Part shown: positions 15,194 to 20,000 of the stretch, one piece after another
Layout of the letters: each line of letters opens with the position of its first letter
Position numbering within the stretch: position 1 is the stretch's first letter
Source: an uncultured virus (IMG/VR IMGVR_UViG_3300030118_004714)
Taxonomy: Duplodnaviria; Heunggongvirae; Uroviricota; Caudoviricetes
DNA: 20,000 bases
IMG/VR virus record: IMGVR_UViG_3300030118_004714
Reading direction: 5' to 3' (one strand)
Notes under the pieces: generated by a model
Database searches by the model: none
What the model was told of the DNA's origin: nothing
The model's input: only the letters and a program-made list of their open reading frames with translations
Program-made: the position numbers and the translations under genes

Positions 15194-16618
15194 ATGGAAT
15201 TAGACACATTTAACTTTGAACATGAAATGGATATGAAGTTATCCAGAAATTCATTTCCCTACTTCTTTCAAAATGTTCTTGGTTTTGACTTTCCCTCTTA
15301 TATTCAGGAATGGCATGAGTTAATGAACAGCACCCAAAGAACAGTTATTATCTGTTCACGCGACCACGGTAAATCTGTATTTATGCATTCATGGGTTGTG
15401 TGGAAACTAATTTTTGAAGAGCCACCTTTTCAAATGCTTTACATTTCTTCTAACCAAAAACAGACCCTTGTTCACATGAGGGATATTGATAAAATGTTTC
15501 AACATCCCATGCTTAAAAAATTTAAACCCGCAAGAGGTTGGGCTATTGGAAATATTACCTTAACAAATGGAAATCAAATCCTTGAGCGTTCTGTTGGCTC
15601 ACAGATTCGTGGTTTGCACCCTCAAGAAATTATTATTGATGACCCTCTAAAAGAATTTAGTATGACTGGTATTCAAAAAGTAACTGATTGGTTTTATGGT
15701 GATATGATACCAACGCTCCATCATACGGCTTCTCTTCGTGTTATTGGGACACCGTTTTCTTATACGGACATCTATCAACAACTTGCAGAAAACCCTGCAT
15801 ATACGGTAAGAACATATCCATGCTTAAACTCACTTAATGAACCTTTATGGCCTGCTCGTTGGAATTATGAAGCACTTATGGCTCGTAAAGCAGAAGTTGG
15901 CTCAATGATGTTCACGCGAGAATATATGTGCGTCCCGATTTCAACGGGGACTTCTCTATTCAATCCTGAATATTTAGATGCGGCGAAGAATAAAGATTTA
16001 GTCTTACGACCAATGAAAAGAGAAGGATATAAATATTTTGTTGGTGTGGACCCCGCTATTTCAACAGATGGCGACTACAATGTAATTACTGTTCTTGAGG
16101 TTGATGAGAATGAAAATAAGTCAATTGTGTATGTTGATAGAGCAAAAAATGTTCAGTTTAGAGAAAACATACAAAAGGTTAAAATTATTGGACAAATATT
16201 TAGGCCAGAAGCCATTCTTTTTGAAACAAATACCTTTGCTAAATCATTTACTCAAGAGTTGCGCCAAGTAGCAGATTTAAATGTTCACGATTTTAATACA
16301 ACTAGGAGAAAGAAACAAGAGATTATTCTTAATTTACAAATGACTTTAGAAAATAATAAAATGAATTTCCCATATGGGAATGAAGAGAGTAGGAAGGTTT
16401 CTTCTACTTTGATTGAAGAGTTGTCTATGTTCGCTATTACGGAACGGGGAAAGTTTGAGGGAATCGGGGCGCATGACGACATGGTGATGAGCCTTGCGTT
16501 AGCAAATGCCGCTACTTACCAAGCCACGGATAACTTCATACTGCTTGACGATTTGGGACTCTTTGAGGATGCGAAGCCTGTAAGGACAGGCTACCGTGGA
16601 ATCGGTTTGAACTTTTGA
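15194..16618 (+). CDS. terL: Terminase large subunit
   Basis: Walker A CSRDHGKS, Walker B IIIDDP, coupling motif IGTP, FTREYMC, RNase H-like nuclease GVDPA and HDDMVMS; GGTGA RBS. Confidence 0.95.
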   Translation: MELDTFNFEHEMDMKLSRNSFPYFFQNVLGFDFPSYIQEWHELMNSTQRTVIICSRDHGKSVFMHSWVVWKLIFEEPPFQMLYISSNQKQTLVHMRDIDKMFQHPMLKKFKPARGWAIGNITLTNGNQILERSVGSQIRGLHPQEIIIDDPLKEFSMTGIQKVTDWFYGDMIPTLHHTASLRVIGTPFSYTDIYQQLAENPAYTVRTYPCLNSLNEPLWPARWNYEALMARKAEVGSMMFTREYMCVPISTGTSLFNPEYLDAAKNKDLVLRPMKREGYKYFVGVDPAISTDGDYNVITVLEVDENENKSIVYVDRAKNVQFRENIQKVKIIGQIFRPEAILFETNTFAKSFTQELRQVADLNVHDFNTTRRKKQEIILNLQMTLENNKMNFPYGNEESRKVSSTLIEELSMFAITERGKFEGIGAHDDMVMSLALANAATYQATDNFILLDDLGLFEDAKPVRTGYRGIGLNF

Positions 16619-16627
16619 GGTGATATT

Positions 16628-18238
16628 GTGCCTACCGCAGAGCAGTATGACAAAATCTCCGAGAAGGCCAAAGAATTGGCAGAACTCCAAAGAAGAGAAG
16701 AAGAAATCAAAGAAGAGGCAAACAGAGATGCCGACACCGAAGTTTTCAAGACTCTTTACTCGGACTTCGTTATGTCCGAATACGATGAAATAAATACGCT
16801 ATGCGATGTATTAAAAATTAACGCTAGCGAAGCAAGAAAGATGCTTAATCAGTTTCCTCAAGAATATGTTGTGGAGGAAAGAAACATACCCGACCTTATC
16901 AAACAGATGAGAATGTCTCGCAGAAAGTTAAAAGGAGAAAATAGAGAGAATATGGCAAAGGCTATTGATACAATGATTGATGCTTATTCTGACCATTTGC
17001 TTAAATGTATTGATTCAATTTATTGGCTTGCTCCATATAAGAGTCCACTTCTAAAAATGCGATTCAATGAAAAAGATTTGAGAAAGTTGCATAAAATGAA
17101 ATCAATAGAACAGAGAAGAGAAGTTGTTGATTCTCTATGTAAATATTGGGAAGCGGAGACAGAACAAAGTGGGATGGTCTATGGAAAAGAATATGCTATT
17201 TTATCAAAACAAATGAAAAAGGCTAAGAAGTCTTTTCGTGAAGAAATTGCAAAAATTACGAATCAATCTTTAGTTAAATCAAAAAAAGAAAGGCAAAGAG
17301 ATTTTATTTTAAAAGCAGTCTGTGAGAATCATGGAATTGGTGCAAGACTTATTCACGACATGATGCCGACTGATTTACACAAGGCGAGTAGCCCAAGTGT
17401 TATCTCTCAAGAAATTAAAAAATTAGGAATCGTCTCCGTGGATGGTGCGTTTTACAAAATACCCGATGAAATCAAGAAAAACATTTGGGCATATACGGCG
17501 GCATTCATTGACTCGGATGGTTATATCACTCTTGACCGCAAAATGAACCCAAGAGTCGGCTTAGTGGCTACGGGAGAAAGAGGGAAGGCATTCATGCAGG
17601 AAATGTATAAATCAATTGGGTTTGGTCGTATGCACCTTGACCAAAAATCACCACAGGACACTCGCCTTATCAATCGTCTAAACTTTTATTCTCAAGACGA
17701 TGTAGCCAGCCTTTTGACGAAGTGCTTGCCCCACTTCCGCTTAAAGAAAGGAAACGCACAATTGTTGCTGGAATTAATTCGCATGAAAAAATCATATAAG
17801 AGAGCCGATTGGTATAAGAGTCGTTGCGATGAAATTTTTAAATTAATGAAGTGGGAAAATCATAAAGACCATGTGGGCTTTGACTGGGCAAAAGAGAACA
17901 TTAACCTTGATGATATTCAAAAATACAAAGACAATTGTAAAATGTCGGTGATGGATTCTATGGAACAAATTGGAACAATTATTAAGAATGAGCCAGAAGA
18001 TGTTGTAGATTATTTGGCATATAAAAATTGGGCTTGGCAATCAAAAAGGGCGAGAAAGGACGCTGGATTATCTGGAGTAGGATTTAGCGATAAGGAGCAT
18101 TTAGAATTAATCACCACGCCAAGGGGCAAAGCGTTGGGTTATGCGCCGGAGGGCAGGGAATTGAAAGCATGGTTAAGAACATGGAATGAACAGTTTGGTA
18201 GAAGGTTAGGCGCAGTTTATCCAACAGGTGATGAATGA
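16628..18238 (+). CDS. LAGLIDADG endonuclease-domain protein with long N-terminal extension
   Basis: YTAAFIDSDGYI at 17492 onward, followed by the typical G.G.. strand and LPHFRLKK helix; GTG start with GAGGTGA RBS. Confidence 0.82.
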   Translation: MPTAEQYDKISEKAKELAELQRREEEIKEEANRDADTEVFKTLYSDFVMSEYDEINTLCDVLKINASEARKMLNQFPQEYVVEERNIPDLIKQMRMSRRKLKGENRENMAKAIDTMIDAYSDHLLKCIDSIYWLAPYKSPLLKMRFNEKDLRKLHKMKSIEQRREVVDSLCKYWEAETEQSGMVYGKEYAILSKQMKKAKKSFREEIAKITNQSLVKSKKERQRDFILKAVCENHGIGARLIHDMMPTDLHKASSPSVISQEIKKLGIVSVDGAFYKIPDEIKKNIWAYTAAFIDSDGYITLDRKMNPRVGLVATGERGKAFMQEMYKSIGFGRMHLDQKSPQDTRLINRLNFYSQDDVASLLTKCLPHFRLKKGNAQLLLELIRMKKSYKRADWYKSRCDEIFKLMKWENHKDHVGFDWAKENINLDDIQKYKDNCKMSVMDSMEQIGTIIKNEPEDVVDYLAYKNWAWQSKRARKDAGLSGVGFSDKEHLELITTPRGKALGYAPEGRELKAWLRTWNEQFGRRLGAVYPTGDE

Positions 18239-18405
18239 TGCCTCGCCAACATTATGATATTTTTAAACATAAGGTGAGAACTAAACTACCTAAGAAGATT
18301 AGATACGCTACTGTTTGTAGAAGATGTAAAAAATCCAGTAGGATAAGCGACCTTTGCCTAACTTGTAAAATAGAACAGGCCGAACATTGGGCAAAACCAT
18401 ACTGA
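18238..18405 (+). CDS. 55-aa basic Zn-finger protein; not in ORF track
   Basis: MPRQHYDIFKHKVRTKLPKKIRYATVCRRCKKSSRISDLCLTCKIEQAEHWAKPY; GGTGA RBS; TGATG overlap. Confidence 0.7.
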   Translation: MPRQHYDIFKHKVRTKLPKKIRYATVCRRCKKSSRISDLCLTCKIEQAEHWAKPY

Positions 18406-18413
18406 GGGGCATG

Positions 18414-18421
18414 TTGATAAA
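18414..18421 (+). promoter_or_regulatory. Possible archaeal TATA-like box TTGATAAA upstream of portal
   Basis: Lies in the 54-bp gap before the portal ATG; matches the 12660 element. Confidence 0.3.
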
Positions 18422-18459
18422 GAGGACTTCTTGTAGGGGTATGAAGGGGGGCGGCGAGC

Positions 18460-20000
18460 ATGGCAGATGAAAAGCGTCGTTTCAGTTTTACAAACTTGTT
18501 CAGAAGAACAACCCCAAAACCAGAAGATAGGTCTATTTATAATATAGGTATTCAAGAAAGGCAACAAAGCAATATAATGACTGCTCCAATCATTTATCAC
18601 ATAGTTCAAAACTCTGTGATTGCTAGAACCTGCATAACACAACTTAAACAAGAAATTTTCCGAAGAGGTTATGTTTGGGAAAAGGCATATGAAGCAAGAT
18701 GTAAAAATTGTGGAAAAGAACACCAAAGACCCGTTCAAGAATGTTCTCGTTGCGGAAGAACTGATTTACAACTTCCAGATGTTGAACAATTAAAATATGC
18801 AGAAAAGTTTATTGAAGGTTATGTAAATAAATCTGAACAGTTATTCATTGATGTTTTAAAAGAACTTGAGGATGACCTTAACATTATGGATGATGCATAC
18901 ATTGTTCTTGTTAAAGAATATTTTATTGATGGAAATCAAAAAATAAGGATGCATAGAATTAAAGAAGTTTATCGTGGCGACCCGGTGACAATGGCTATTT
19001 ATTCCGATGAATTAGGACAAAGAGGAACAAAGGGTTTCACTTGTGTTAATCATAGAAACTTCTTGGCTACCGAGCCACATGAAAATTGTGAGGAATGTGG
19101 AAGTACCCTGCACCCCGTTCATTATGTGAATCGTGTCGGAGGCAAAGACCAGTATTTCATCAAAGGAGAGGTGCTTCATTTTAGCAAGTATAGTCCCTCC
19201 CGACTCTATGGCCTATCGCCTATCATCACCCTCTATAACCACATCACAACTCTTCTTGCTATGGAGAATTATGTAAATTCGTCCTACACTAAAAGTCGTA
19301 TGCCGAGAGGACTTTTGGCGGTACAGACTCGTAATATGGACTCAATGCGTTCTTTTTGGCGTTCAGTAAAAGAAAAGATGGAAACAGACCCTCACTTCAT
19401 CCCTGTTATGGGTATTGAAGCAGAAGGAGGAAAGGGTTCTGTTGAGTGGATTAAATTCATGGACAGCCTCAAAGAAATGGATTATGTTTCCGTCAAAGAC
19501 GATTTGAGAGATAGGATTTCTGCTTTCTACGGTGTAAGCAAAGTCTTCATGGCAGACAACACTACAAGCGGTGGTTTGAATAATGAGGGTATGCAGATTT
19601 TGGTCACGAACAGAGCCGTCCAAATGGCACAAAATGTTTATAACAATTATGTGTTTCCATTCTTAGTTAAACAATTTGGAATTACTGATTGGGACTTGAA
19701 ACTACCCCCAAGCGAAGAAGAGGATGAAATCGCTGTTCTTCGTAAGCGTGAAATTGAAGTTAATATTGCGGCTTCAACAAAGAATCTGGGCTTTGAAGTT
19801 GATATGGATGAAGATGGGAACTTTACTTTCAAGAAACCCGAACCTAAACCCGAAGAATCACCTTCTTCTGAAAGTGGAGAAGAACCAGTAAAAAATGACC
19901 CTCTCGCAGGTTCAAATTTAGACCAAAGAGATTTAGATGAGCAAACAAGAAGGTTTGCAGAAGGGGCGGGTTCAACACCTCAAGAGAACCCTCCAGCCAC
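18460..20000 (+). CDS. Portal protein (partial, runs off the window) with Zn-ribbon insertions
   Basis: Frame +1 is open from ATG 18460 (MADEKRRFSFTNLFRR). It contains EDDLNIMDDAYIVL, EVLHFSKYSPSRLYGLSPI, MPRGLL and ISAFYGV, which match the HK97/SPP1-type portal pattern, and lies downstream of terL. Confidence 0.88.
   Translation, partial: MADEKRRFSFTNLFRRTTPKPEDRSIYNIGIQERQQSNIMTAPIIYHIVQNSVIARTCITQLKQEIFRRGYVWEKAYEARCKNCGKEHQRPVQECSRCGRTDLQLPDVEQLKYAEKFIEGYVNKSEQLFIDVLKELEDDLNIMDDAYIVLVKEYFIDGNQKIRMHRIKEVYRGDPVTMAIYSDELGQRGTKGFTCVNHRNFLATEPHENCEECGSTLHPVHYVNRVGGKDQYFIKGEVLHFSKYSPSRLYGLSPIITLYNHITTLLAMENYVNSSYTKSRMPRGLLAVQTRNMDSMRSFWRSVKEKMETDPHFIPVMGIEAEGGKGSVEWIKFMDSLKEMDYVSVKDDLRDRISAFYGVSKVFMADNTTSGGLNNEGMQILVTNRAVQMAQNVYNNYVFPFLVKQFGITDWDLKLPPSEEEDEIAVLRKREIEVNIAASTKNLGFEVDMDEDGNFTFKKPEPKPEESPSSESGEEPVKNDPLAGSNLDQRDLDEQTRRFAEGAGSTPQENPPA

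Noticed and set aside
16628..18238. LAGLIDADG as part of an intein or group I intron in terL or portal
   Set aside because: TerL is complete with its own stop, the ORF has its own RBS and start, and no intein C1/HN-C/S/T termini were seen.
18441..18470. Short ORF MKGGGEHGR upstream of portal
   Set aside because: Only 9 codons and out of frame with the portal; no support for function.
1971..19832. All minus-strand ORFs in the track (e.g. 1971-2186, 3666-3935, 12793-13098, 14908-15207, 18358-18738, 19363-19632)
   Set aside because: They are short, lie antisense to well-supported + strand genes, and have the F/L/S-rich composition of shadow ORFs.

Overview
This 20 kb window is a gene-dense, low-GC stretch of a tailed (Caudoviricetes) virus genome. 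All credible genes lie on the + strand and most are coupled by ATGA/TGATG overlaps or short spacers. The right end carries the head-packaging module: terminase large subunit (15194-16618), a large LAGLIDADG-domain protein, a small Zn-finger ORF and a portal protein with Zn-ribbon insertions (18460 to the window end, missed by the ORF track). A terminase small subunit candidate sits at 4730-5395. Archaeal-type GGTGA ribosome-binding sites and modules typical of marine viruses suggest an archaeal virus, probably of Marine Group II/Poseidoniales (magrovirus-like); this is inference. The most striking signal is that about 18 otherwise unrelated ORFs begin with the same peptide, M-(S/N/T)-W-x-x-(I/V)-(L/I)-K. 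The motif also recurs at apparent domain junctions inside proteins and is absent from terminase and portal. Its codons vary synonymously, so it is conserved as peptide, while 20-26 bp direct repeats over RBS+start+motif delimit gene-sized cassettes. I read this as a candidate capsid-targeting or prohead-protease signal on a variable array of packaged cargo proteins (PAP2 phosphatase, HExxH peptidase, DNA-binding basic proteins), analogous to but distinct from the T4 internal-protein CTS. No tRNA, rRNA or CRISPR array was seen.
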